From contig NC_089435.1 in the NCBI RefSeq assembly GCF_026210795.1, positions 1,984,001 to 2,048,000 of the forward strand: 64,000 bases of DNA, written 5' to 3'. Positions 39,547 to 49,939 of the stretch are shown here, piece by piece. The position numbers were made by a program, and so were the translations under genes. The notes beneath the pieces were generated by a model. The model saw only the letters and a list, made by a program, of their open reading frames with translations, was not told where the DNA came from and did not search any database. Position 1 is the first letter of the stretch; each line of letters opens with the position of its first letter. The stretch comes from Rhizophagus irregularis (Eukaryota).

Positions 39547-40821
39547 ATGTCTGATATATATGATGAATTAGAAGAGATTAAAAGAAGACATGAAATAGAG
39601 AAACATAATGAATTGAAAGAAGAGTATCAAGTAGATCCTTCATGCCTAAAATGTTATAGTACTGATGAAATAGAAATAGGAGATTGGTTTAAAAGATTTT
39701 GGAAAATTTTTCAAAAAGTAATACTAGAAGCAATGAGTTATAATAGAAATACATATACAAAATTAATGGAATATATAATATTGACAAAAAAGGAGGAAGA
39801 AGAAAGTTATCCATCCAGTAAAAAGAAAAGAAATAAAGAATTTGAGAAAATAAGAAAAGAAGGAGAAAAACTGTTAGATATAGTCGTAAGGTCAATTAGG
39901 TATAGAAATAAATCAGATTATAAAAAAATAGGAATTATATCGGTAATAAAAGTGATATGTGAACATTATATACTTAGTGAAGATAATGAGTATATATTAG
40001 ATGATCAAACAGAAGGGAATTTGTTAGGGAATAAAGAATTGTTAACATATAGATATATTATAGAAGATGATGAATTAGATATAAGATTTGCAAAATTTGA
40101 AGAATGGTTAGAAGAAATAGAATCAGTAACTATTAAGAATAAAGGATATGGTACTATGAGAAATTTTAAAGAAATATTACATTTAAAAGAAAATATTGCA
40201 GAAGAAGAAAATAGAGAGAAAATCAAGAAGTTTCAGAAAAGTATAACATATCAATGGTGGGATGGAAATAAATATCCAAAACCATGGATGAACGATGATT
40301 TAACAAATAAGATAATAGAGAAAATTGTAGAAACAAAAGGTTTTGTTGAAGAACAGAGTGACGTAGGAGAACTAGAAAGTTCAGATGATTTAGGAGAATC
40401 AAGTTCAAATGAAGGAGATGAACATATTGAAAGAATATACAGAAATTATTGGTTAGAAAACGGTTATGAAATTGATATTGAAGAAATAAGACGAATAATA
40501 AATTTCAGAGTGGAACATGAAATAATGAAAACTAAGGATTTTATGGAGAGCTATATGAAAATTAAGGAATTAGATGATGAAGAAATAATTGGAGAACTTA
40601 GAAGATGGTATACTATGAATGCCACAGAATGTCCGTTATGTAACAAAATGATACTGAAGAAAGAAGCAGTAAAATACAACAAAGAATTTACAGGAGAAAT
40701 ATGTAAAAGTTGTTCTGAGAGAGAGGAAAATGATGTTAGTGAAACAGAACTAAGAGTAAAAAGAATACAGAAAATATGTGAAGGAGCAGAAGTTGAAGTA
40801 ATGGAAGGAGAAATATTATGA
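39547..40821 (+). CDS. N-terminal part of the Gypsy long Gag-associated ORF, second copy, truncated
   Basis: 424-aa ORF closely similar to the minus-strand pieces at 43689-42372 and 35593-35200. Contains CLKC and CPLC...CKSC motifs. Confidence 0.7.
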   Translation: MSDIYDELEEIKRRHEIEKHNELKEEYQVDPSCLKCYSTDEIEIGDWFKRFWKIFQKVILEAMSYNRNTYTKLMEYIILTKKEEEESYPSSKKKRNKEFEKIRKEGEKLLDIVVRSIRYRNKSDYKKIGIISVIKVICEHYILSEDNEYILDDQTEGNLLGNKELLTYRYIIEDDELDIRFAKFEEWLEEIESVTIKNKGYGTMRNFKEILHLKENIAEEENREKIKKFQKSITYQWWDGNKYPKPWMNDDLTNKIIEKIVETKGFVEEQSDVGELESSDDLGESSSNEGDEHIERIYRNYWLENGYEIDIEEIRRIINFRVEHEIMKTKDFMESYMKIKELDDEEIIGELRRWYTMNATECPLCNKMILKKEAVKYNKEFTGEICKSCSEREENDVSETELRVKRIQKICEGAEVEVMEGEIL

Positions 40822-40829
40822 ATGATAAA

Positions 40830-41375
40830 TATGCATATTCAGTTGAAGATGAAAATTCAGTTTATGAAAATCTTTATTCTGTAGAATTTTTAAATACTTT
40901 AACACCAAATGGAACTCCTCCTCACAGATTGGTTCTTAAAATTGGAGTACCTATAATATTATTAAGAAATATTAGCCCAATTGAAGGACTTTGCAATGGT
41001 ACTTGACTTATAGTTAGAAGATTTCAACGTCATGTAATAGATGCTGAAATTATAACTGGCTCCCACCTTGGAAAAAGAGTTTTTATTCCTCGAATCAGAA
41101 TAGCACCATCAGATGCTGATCTGCCATTCCAATTAATTCGCCGCCAATTTCCAATTTGCTTAGCTTTTGCCATGACAATTAATAAAGCTCAAGGACAGAC
41201 CATTCCATATATAGGATTGGATTTACACAATCCTGTATTTACACATGGCCAATTATATGTAGCTTTATCAAGAGTTCAATCAAAAGATAATATTATAATC
41301 TTGGTAAATAATATTTGTAATGATAATAGACCAGGAGTTTACACAAAAAATATTGTATATAGAGAAATTCTTTAA
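40830..41375 (+). pseudogene. Helitron RepHel PIF1 helicase C-terminus
   Basis: EFLNTLTPNGTPPHRLVLKIGVPIILLRN..GLCNGT*L, RRQFPI.LAFAMTINKAQGQT and VFTHGQLYVALSRV, with one in-frame TGA. Confidence 0.95.
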
Positions 41376-41654
41376 TATTAATATGTATTCAATTAAAAAA
41401 TAATATTAAAATTTTACTAAAATTATTTATATTAATAGATCAGGTATATATAAAAATTCTATTTATAAAATAAAAAGTATATATTTGATATAATTTATAA
41501 AATATTATTTGCATTACCATTAGTATAATTTATTATGCAAAATATTATCTGAACTGCAAAACAGTTCAGATGATATTTTGCATAATACATTATACCAATA
41601 AAAATTAATTTCACTAATTATATTAGTAGGTAATATCAAATATGGTAAAAATTA

Positions 41655-42120
41655 GAATTAAAATTAAGTTTAAAGTTAAGTTTAGAGTTAGAGTTAAGGT
41701 TAAGGTTATGGTTAGGGTTAGGATAGGACCCCGAAAAATACATATGGAAGTCATAAATAATCGGCAAGATTTTGGCCTAAAATAAGCAACTTTTCAGGGC
41801 CGGAATTATGATAATGCTAGCCTGTATCAAAATGGACAATAAAATTTAGGCCAGCATTATCTAAAAAAGGCAAGATTTTCATGAAAATTTAGGTTCTTTT
41901 TAAGCAAACTCAAATGTGACCTTTTTATGTATTTTTTGGGGTCCTATTAGAATTAGGGTTAGGATTAGGTTAGGATTAGGTTAGGATAAGAGTTAGGATT
42001 AGGGTTAGGGTTAGGGTTAGGTTAAGTTGAAATTAGAATTAGAATGATAGTTAGGGTTAGGATTAGATTAGAGTTTTTGTTAGAACTAGGGAAGGTACGT
42101 AGTTACCAAGTTTAGGGTGA
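41655..42120 (+). repeat. Degenerate telomere-like (TTAGGG/TTAGG) tract in the Helitron 3' region
   Basis: ttagggttagggttagggttagg at about 41999-42021, with variant units on both sides of the MITE. Confidence 0.8.
41725..41945. mobile_element. MITE with AGGACC termini, probably related to MITE A
   Basis: TIR aggaccccgaaaaatacata / tatgtattttttggggtcct. Candidate 8-bp TSD gttaggat / attagaat (2 mismatches). Confidence 0.7.
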
Positions 42121-42371
42121 AAGTAATATGATTAGAATTAAATAATATTAAATTTATATAATAAAAAAAAACAATAAAATTCACAGTTCCAAATAATATT
42201 TTTATACTTATATGAAAATAATACTAAATTTATTTGAATTTAAAAAAATATTCTTATAATTTATTTATAATAAAATATCTAATTTAACTTTATAATTATT
42301 TATTATAAACCAAACCTCAAAATTTCATCAACGTTGACAAACCTGATGCAATGCCCGGGCCTACGGGCTAG

Positions 42372-43689
42372 TTTCTATATATTTTCTCTATATATTTGTT
42401 TCCTTCATTTGAACTTGACTCTCCCATGTCATCTGAACTTTCTAGTTCTCCTACATCACTATATTCTTCAACAAAACCTTTTGTTTCTACAATTTTCTCT
42501 ATTATCTTATCTGTCACATCATCATTTATCCATGGTTTTGGGTAATTATTTCCATCCCACCTAGGGATGGCAACGGTCGGTCATGGTCGGTCATCGGTCG
42601 GTCATAACCGGTCAAGAACCTTTGACCGACCGACTGACCGTTGACCGACTGGTCTAACTGACCAGTTAACCGACCGTTTGACCGACCGGTTAACCGATCC
42701 TGAAAATGTTTGCGAAACGTAATTTAATTGAAATACTTAATAAAAAACATTTTCGCAACATTTTCTATTAAAATAATTAAAAAAATGTTTGTGAAACATT
42801 TTTTTTATTAAATTACGTTTCACAAACGTTTTTAGGATCGGTTAAACGGTCGGTCAAATGGTCGGTTAACCGGTCGGTCAGACGGTCGGTCAAATGGTCG
42901 GTCAGAGGTCTTTGACCGACCGATATCAGTCACGGTCATGACCAGTCATAACCGGTTAATGACCGTGACCATTGCCATCCCTAATCCCACCATTGATATG
43001 TTATACTTTTCTGAAACTTTTTAACTTCCTCTCTATTTTCTTCTTCTGCTATATTTTCTTCCAAATGTAATATCTTTTTAAAATATCTCATAGTACTATA
43101 TCCTTTTTTCTTGATAGTTATTGATTCTATTTCTTCTAACCATTCTTCAAATTTTGCAAGTCTTATATCTAATTCATCATCTTCTATGATATATCTATAT
43201 GTCAACAATTCTTTATTCGCTAATAAATTCTCCTCTTTTTGATCATCTAATATGAACTCATTATCTTCACTAAGTATATAATGTTCACATATCACTTTTA
43301 TTACTGATATAATTCCTATTTTTCTATAATCTGATTTATTTCTATACCTAATTGACCTTACAACTATATCCAACAGTTTTTCTCCTTCTTTTCTCATTTT
43401 CTCAAATTTTCTATTTCTTTTCTTTTTACTAGATGGATAACTTTCTTCTCCATCCTTTCTTGACAATATTATGTATTCCATTAATTTTGCATATGTGTTT
43501 TTATTATAACTCATTGCTTCCAGTATTACCTTTTGAAAAATTTTCCAAAATCTTTTAAACCAATCTCCTATCTCTATTTCATCAGTACTATAACATTTTA
43601 GACATAATAGAATATCAAGTAGACCCTTCGTGTTTCTCTATTTCATGTCTATTCTTAATCTCTTCTAATTCATCATATATATCAGACAT
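42372..43689 (-). pseudogene. 5' part of the Gypsy long ORF (host of the Helitron and of the hAT MITE)
   Basis: Begins MSDIYDELEEIK like the 39547 ORF, and continues at 35593 once the Helitron is removed. Confidence 0.85.
42562..42983. mobile_element. hAT (Ac/Ds-like) MITE
   Basis: TAGGGATGGCAA TIRs, perfect 8-bp TSD atcccacc, subterminal GACC/GGTC repeats. Confidence 0.95.
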
Positions 43690-44111
43690 TTTAACTTATT
43701 TTATTTACTTATTTACTTGCAAAATGATTTCATTTCATATTTTTAGTTTATTTATATTTTTATTCATATAGTAATTATTCATTTATTATTTCAATCTTTA
43801 TTTCTTTATATTTTTGTGTATGTAACTTCCTATTACATTTTTTTATTACATCTTTTATTACAGCACATTCTATTACTCATACTTAATATTTTTTAACTTT
43901 ATTAATCTTCAATTAGTTTAATGTCTTTTCAGACAACTACTTGTCCTTTAATTCTTATTATCTAAATATTTCTCAATTAGCCTATATTCCAATCTTAACC
44001 ACTTAATTTCATTACATTTATTACCCTTCTTATAATAACTTTTTATTTCAATCATTATCTTTTAACATTTTTTAGACACTTATTTTATCCTTTAGCGTTC
44101 TTCTTACTTTT

Positions 44112-44426
44112 TCAATTTTTATATTCTGTCTGTTCATATATTTTCTGATTATTCCTATATGCAGTTATTTTACATTCTCCCATTTGTGAAATATTCATAT
44201 CTTTGTGTTCACATCTTTCTTCATATTCATTAAGATATTTCATTCCTTTCTGAAAGTACTCATTACATAACATTTCTATTTTATTTCTTAAACTTTCTTC
44301 ACTTTCCTCTCTAACTTCGAAATAATTAATTTCTTCTAATGTTACCTCTTCTATTTTCTTACAATATTTACATTTTACTTTACTGTTTATTCTGATAAAA
44401 CCTTTTCCTAATATATTTTCAAACAT
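44112..44426 (-). CDS. Small Cys/His-containing ORF in the retroelement accessory cassette
   Basis: 104 aa with CKYC and CEH...C. Same strand and purine-rich composition as the gag ORF. Confidence 0.4.
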   Translation of the reverse strand: MFENILGKGFIRINSKVKCKYCKKIEEVTLEEINYFEVREESEESLRNKIEMLCNEYFQKGMKYLNEYEERCEHKDMNISQMGECKITAYRNNQKIYEQTEYKN

Positions 44427-44538
44427 TGTTGTTCCAGTTCTTATTTTATTTCTTGTTCAGAACTTGCTATTTGATTTATTATTATTTCATTTTTGTCATT
44501 ATTATTCATTTTCCTTTACTTTTATAATAATCAGTCAC

Positions 44539-44799
44539 TCAACTTCTATTATTACTTGAATATTTATCAATTATTCTAAATTTCAAATTCAACCATTTAA
44601 TCTCATTTTTATTCCAATTTACAATACACATTCCTTCATTCTCAAGCCATTGCAATGCATTTCCTAATAGGTGTGTCTTTGCGATTTCAAATATTCTTTT
44701 ATCGTCTTTAATTCCTATCTTTGACAAATATTTTTCTACTTGATTTGTCCATTCTTTTGGATCTTCTCCTATTTCACCATAAAATATTGGTATCTCCAT
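44539..44799 (-). CDS. Stand-alone retrotransposon capsid N-terminal-like ORF
   Basis: IPIFYGEIGEDPKEW..VEKY...AKTHLLGNALQW resembles the Ty3/Gypsy capsid N-terminal pattern (F.G...D...W...L.G.A..W). Confidence 0.6.
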   Translation of the reverse strand: MEIPIFYGEIGEDPKEWTNQVEKYLSKIGIKDDKRIFEIAKTHLLGNALQWLENEGMCIVNWNKNEIKWLNLKFRIIDKYSSNNRS

Positions 44800-44897
44800 T
44801 TTAATCTTTTGTACTATTTCTTAAAATATATATACCTCATATTCTTTTTATAGTACAAATTTACCCTTTTTATAATTTCATTTTAAATCTTTAATCC

Positions 44898-45383
44898 CTA
44901 TCTTTCTATCATACTATTTTTTTCTTCTTCTATTTCATTTACTTGTCTCATTAATTCATCAACTTCACCTTTCTTTTCTTTAAGGTTTATTATTGTATTC
45001 ATGCTGGTATTTTTCATCCTATTTATTTTACTTCTTCCTCCTATTTCCTTAAATAATTTGTAAACTCTTTCAGATCTTTCAATCTTACTTTGTATCACTT
45101 TTCTGATAAATCCTTTTAGTCTTTTCGTTAACTCATTATACATCTTAGTTCTTATTGACTTTTCTTTTATTTCTAATTTATTTCTTTCTTCTTCAACTTT
45201 GTTTCTAACAGCTTTTCCTACATTATACCAACATTTTATTGCTTCTTGTTCCGCTTTTATTGCCTTAGTAAACAATCTTTCTAACATCACCTCTTGATCA
45301 TTTTCTTCACTTTCTAGTGATTCTTCTACTGTTGATACACTAAGGTCTTTTAATAATTCATAAAATGCTTTTGATCTTTCCAT
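44898..45383 (-). CDS. Uncharacterised coiled-coil ORF in the retroelement accessory cassette
   Basis: 161 aa. The pattern CWY..G...RVYKLF..IG..KI recalls an abundant uncharacterised Glomeromycotina family (recognised from memory, not by a search). Confidence 0.5.
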   Translation of the reverse strand: MERSKAFYELLKDLSVSTVEESLESEENDQEVMLERLFTKAIKAEQEAIKCWYNVGKAVRNKVEEERNKLEIKEKSIRTKMYNELTKRLKGFIRKVIQSKIERSERVYKLFKEIGGRSKINRMKNTSMNTIINLKEKKGEVDELMRQVNEIEEEKNSMIER

Positions 45384-45837
45384 TACTACTTCTTTTCAAT
45401 TTCTTCTTTATTTATCCCTGATCTATATTCTTCACTACTAGTATCATCTTCATTATTTGTTACATTTTCTTTGTGATTACTGTCATCATTTTCTCTAATA
45501 TCTTTGTCAGTATCCATTTCTCCTTCGTTACTATAAATATTATTATTACTTACTTCAACTTTATTATTTACTTCTTTTATTATTTCTTCGACTTTTCCTA
45601 TTCGCATTCTTTCTTATTAATTTCTTTTATTATTATTTCATATGTAATATGCCATTTTTCAATTATTACATCCTTTTCATTATAAATATCTATTTTAATA
45701 TTATCTTCTGTACTTAACTTATCTTTAATTCTCTCTAATTTTTCTTTCGGTAATTTAAATTTCAATTGCATATTTCATGGCTTTTACTTGTATTTTTATT
45801 TTTGTTAATTATATACCAGAATTTTATTTTATTATTT

Positions 45838-46266
45838 TAATATTTATAGTTTAGTTTAGTCATGAGATAGTCATATGATAATATACCTTTTATTTTCTTA
45901 GTATTTTCTTAAATTTTTATTAGAAAAAGTTAGTAGATATTAGAAATGATTTTCTTAAAATGTATAAATACAAGTGGAATTCATTAGGAATTCTGCAGTC
46001 ATAAAAATTTGACTCATAATAATAAGAAGAAAAATTAATTATTAAAAGTTATTTTGAATATGCTCATTGTATGCTTGAGAATTAATAGTTTAATTATTAT
46101 ATGAAGTTTATTTAAAATGAGAGAACTCTCGCAGTTTGAAAGTGAAATTTATGAGATTATAAAAGAAAGAGAATGAGAAGTTAATAGAATATAAAATCTA
46201 AACTAAGCATAATATTGAACTGAGTATAAGTATTAATCTGCCGATATGTGGCAGGTATCGGTGACA
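45838..46266 (+). mobile_element. 5'-truncated LTR, same family as the solo LTR
   Basis: Collinear with 31107-32043 (without MITE D). Ends GTGACA. Confidence 0.85.
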
Positions 46267-46676
46267 ACGGTCAGTCATGGTCAGTTATCGGTCAGTCATA
46301 ACCAGTTAAGGGCCTTTGACTGACCAACCATTTTGGCTGACCGTTTTTCTGATCGTTTAATTGACCATTTAACTGACTGTTTAACTGATCACTTTTTAAT
46401 GTTTTTTTCTTGATTAAAATTTGTTAAAAAGAAGAAAGTATAATTTAATCAAAAAAAAATGCTATTTAGCTTTTTTTATTGATTAAGTTCGTAAAAAAGG
46501 TTAAATAATTAAAAAAAAAGCTAAATAATCAGTTAAAACTGTCAGTTAAACAGTCAGTCAAACAGTCAGTCAAACTGGTCAGTTAAATGGTTGGTCAGAA
46601 GCCTTTGACTGACTATTATCAGTCATGGTCATAACCGGTTATGATCGGTTAATAACTATGACCATTGCCATCCCTA
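46267..46676. mobile_element. Second, CpG-decayed copy of the TAGGGATG hAT MITE, with its left tip replaced by the LTR
   Basis: Collinear with 42573-42983. The right TIR ttgccatcccta is intact. Confidence 0.9.
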
Positions 46677-47801
46677 GATAGAACACTATACTAAAGAATG
46701 TGTAAATGAAAAAGTAAAATTAAATCGTAGAGTACCAAATGTTGAAGAATTTGAGCCAGTAAAAGCATTTATGAATTTCAATGCAAATATCACCTGGGCA
46801 CAGCTTATAAATGAGAGGCCTAATGTTAGAAAACAATTAAGGGTGGTTTGAAATATTTACTACACTCAGGGGAAACAAAGAAAGAAATAAAGTAAATAGA
46901 GGAGAAAACTCAAGCTACTAGATGTAATGTAATAATAAATGGAAAAGCAATAAGAGCATTAGTTGACACAGGAGCAGGACCATCCACAATAATGAATAAA
47001 TTAAGAAAAGAATTAAATATACCAATAATAAAGAAAAGTAATGTAATATTAACAATAGCAGATGGAAAGAGTATAGCATCTTTAGGAATAGCAGAAATAG
47101 ATATAGAAATTGATGATGAACTAGGATTAACACTAGAAGTTGAAGTAATAGATTCAAAAAGAAAAGACTTAATCTTAGGAACAGATATATTAAAACATGG
47201 AATAATAGATATGAAAGAACAATTATTAGTTGTAGAACTTGATGGTGAAATATATGAAATACCAATAGATTATGAAAAGAAGAAGTAAGTTCACTTTAAA
47301 GATAAAAAGAATAATAATGAAAATTCAGAGAGTGAAAGCTTAGAAAGTGAAAGTGATGAAGATGAATATTCAGAAAATGAATATGAAGATAATGTAAAAT
47401 ATGATTTACGTATCATAGATAAAGATGATGAAGAAGTAGCAAAATAGAAAGTCTTGGCCTAGATAAAGGAGAGATGATAAAGATGCCAAACAAAAATAAA
47501 AATGAAAATGATGATGAAAAATTTGAAAAGAAAACATTATTAGGAAAAATGAGTGATAAAGAAAAAGAAATATTAAAAGAATTAATAAGAGAATATAAAG
47601 ATATATTTGAATATAATGGTGAAAAATTAGGGAGAACAGATAAGATAAAATACAAAATAGAAATTGAAGAAAATAAAGAGCCAATAGCTCAAAAGAGATA
47701 TAAAGTAACTGAAGATAAAACAAAATATATAAAAAAAGAAATAGAACAATTATCAAATATGGGAAAAATTAGAAAATCATGGAGTGCTTGGGCATCTCCA
47801 G
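46677..47801 (+). pseudogene. Gypsy gag tail, aspartic protease and start of RT
   Basis: HYTKEC, ANITWAQL, ALVDTGAG, DLILGTDIL, KLGRTDKIKYKIE and KIRKSWSAWASPV, with stops and frameshifts. Confidence 0.9.
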
Positions 47802-49012
47802 TAAAGCTCTGAACAGTTCGGGCTAAACCGAGGAACCGATCCGAAACCGGCTCAAAATTCGGTTTGGTTTGGTTCGGGTATTAGAACCAAAAAACTGGCG
47901 GTTCGGTTCAGTTTAATCCGATTTTTTATAAAAATGCGAAAAATCAAATAGCCGGCCATCTAGTGATCGTACAAAGTCAAGCCATATATCATTGGATTCC
48001 TCTTGACGAGACACGTCGAATGGTGGTAAGATCATGTCTCTAGCATCGAAAGATCACACATTAACCCACGCTAAATAATTTATAAATAATTGGAATTAGC
48101 AAGCTATCTATCGGTGCTAGAGACATAATCTTAGCACCATTCGATGCGTCTCAGTTAGACGAATCCAATGAATATAAATTTGTTCGTGTACGACTGCTGG
48201 ATGGCGAATAATATCAAGTTTCGCATTTTTTTAAAATTTTTGAGCATTAAAAATTAAAAATTCTGATACATGAATTTATTCGTCATCCAATGGTCGTACA
48301 AATATGAATTAGGACTCATTGGATTCGTCTCGATGAGACGAGTCGAATGGTGGTACGATCATGTCTCTAGCATCGATAGATAGCTTGCTAATGCCAATTT
48401 TTTATAAATTATTTAGCGTGAATTAACTTACGATCTATTAATACTTTAGACATGATCTCACCACCATTCGACTCGTCTCATCGAGACGAATCTAATAAGT
48501 CCTAATTCATATTTGCACAATCATTGGACGAGGAATAAATTCATGTATTGGAATTTTTAATTTTTAATGCTCGAAAATTTTAAAAAAATGCGAAACTTGA
48601 CATTATTCGCCATCCAGTGGCCGTATTTGGACAAATTTATATTCATTGGATTCGTCTCACTGAGATGCGTTGAATGACACTAAGATCATGTCTCTAGCAT
48701 TGATAGATAGTTTAATAATTCCAATTATTGATAAATCATTTAGCGTGGGTTAAAATGTGATCTATTGATGTTAGAGACATTATCTTACCACCATTCGACG
48801 CGTCTCGTTGAGACAAATCCAATGATATATGGCTCGACTTTGTATGATCACTAGATGGGCAGCTATTTGATTTTTTGCATTTTTATAAAAAATTGGATTA
48901 AACTGAATCGAACTGTCAGTTTTTTGGTTCTAATACCTGAACCGAACTGAACCAAATTTTGAGCCAGTTTCGGATCAGTTCCCCAGTTTAGCCCGAACTG
49001 TTAGGAGCTTTA
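47802..49012. mobile_element. 1.2-kb foldback element with internal alternating repeats
   Basis: Termini taaagctc..aacagttcgggctaaac in inverted orientation. Internal modules cattggattcgtctc..gagacg..gaatggtggtaagatcatgtctctagcatcga occur in both orientations. No convincing TSD. Confidence 0.85.
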
Positions 49013-49939
49013 ATAATATGTTTAATTAAATTCTTTCTTGAAATAGCTTTCTGTATTATCAATCATCAAAAATTTTTTATTCAGTTTTATATACAATAGT
49101 TTAAATATGATTTTTTGATTCATTAAGGTAGAATGAAAGTGTAATATAATAATGCTTCATTTATTTATAACCTTACCATTATGATGACAGTTCCGGCTAA
49201 GATTTTTTATTATCTATAAAAGGTTGCACATATTATTAATTCAAGCCACAATTTGTATGATTATATCCTCTAATTAATTAGATTTAAATTATTTTAACCA
49301 ATCGTTCCAACCTCTAATTTTCTAGAAAGGTGCAAAGTGCAAACCAATACCTATAAAAAATTTTATCTGTTATTTCTGTAAAAATTCTGTAAAAATGAGC
49401 CTTTCATAGATCTATTTACGGAAAATGTAAATAATTTGATAAATTCTGTGATATAAGGTTATTAATTCTGGAAATATGATGCTTTTACAGGAAAAAGATG
49501 GAATATAAAAAATGGATCAACTTTGTTTACAAAGATAAACCCATGCACCAGTCTTTTTAATTTATTATTTTTGAATGGATATTGGTTAGTAGTTCCATAT
49601 AATGAATAATAATGTGTTAAGATATAGTCTTTAATTTTTGTACCACAGGTTTTAAATCTTGTGATTTCCAGAAACTGTGTATAATATGGATGTCAATGAA
49701 ATGTAATACTTTTTTTGAATACAAAGTATCAGCTAGATTTTTAATAATTCAGGTTAATGTAATAGTTTATGAATATTTATATCCAAATCCCAATATTGAA
49801 TATCTCATCCTAAATTCCAAATCAGCAAATCCTATCCCATTATCCATTTTCATGTGATGTCACATGATGTTACACAAATTCCAAAAAAAGAAATATTTGT
49901 TTCATCGAAAAAATGGATATTTTAATTACACGAAAAAAA

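Larger units (their letters stand above)
35594..42371 (+). mobile_element. Helitron, internally deleted, with both termini
   Basis: 5' end A|TCTCCCTATATATA. 3' hairpin gcccgggcctacgggc ending CTAG|T. No TSD. Joining the flanks restores the host codons IYRN-YWLK. PIF1 helicase remnant inside. Confidence 0.9.

Noticed and set aside
41990..42030. True chromosome end
   Set aside because: The tract is short, degenerate and internal to a Helitron.
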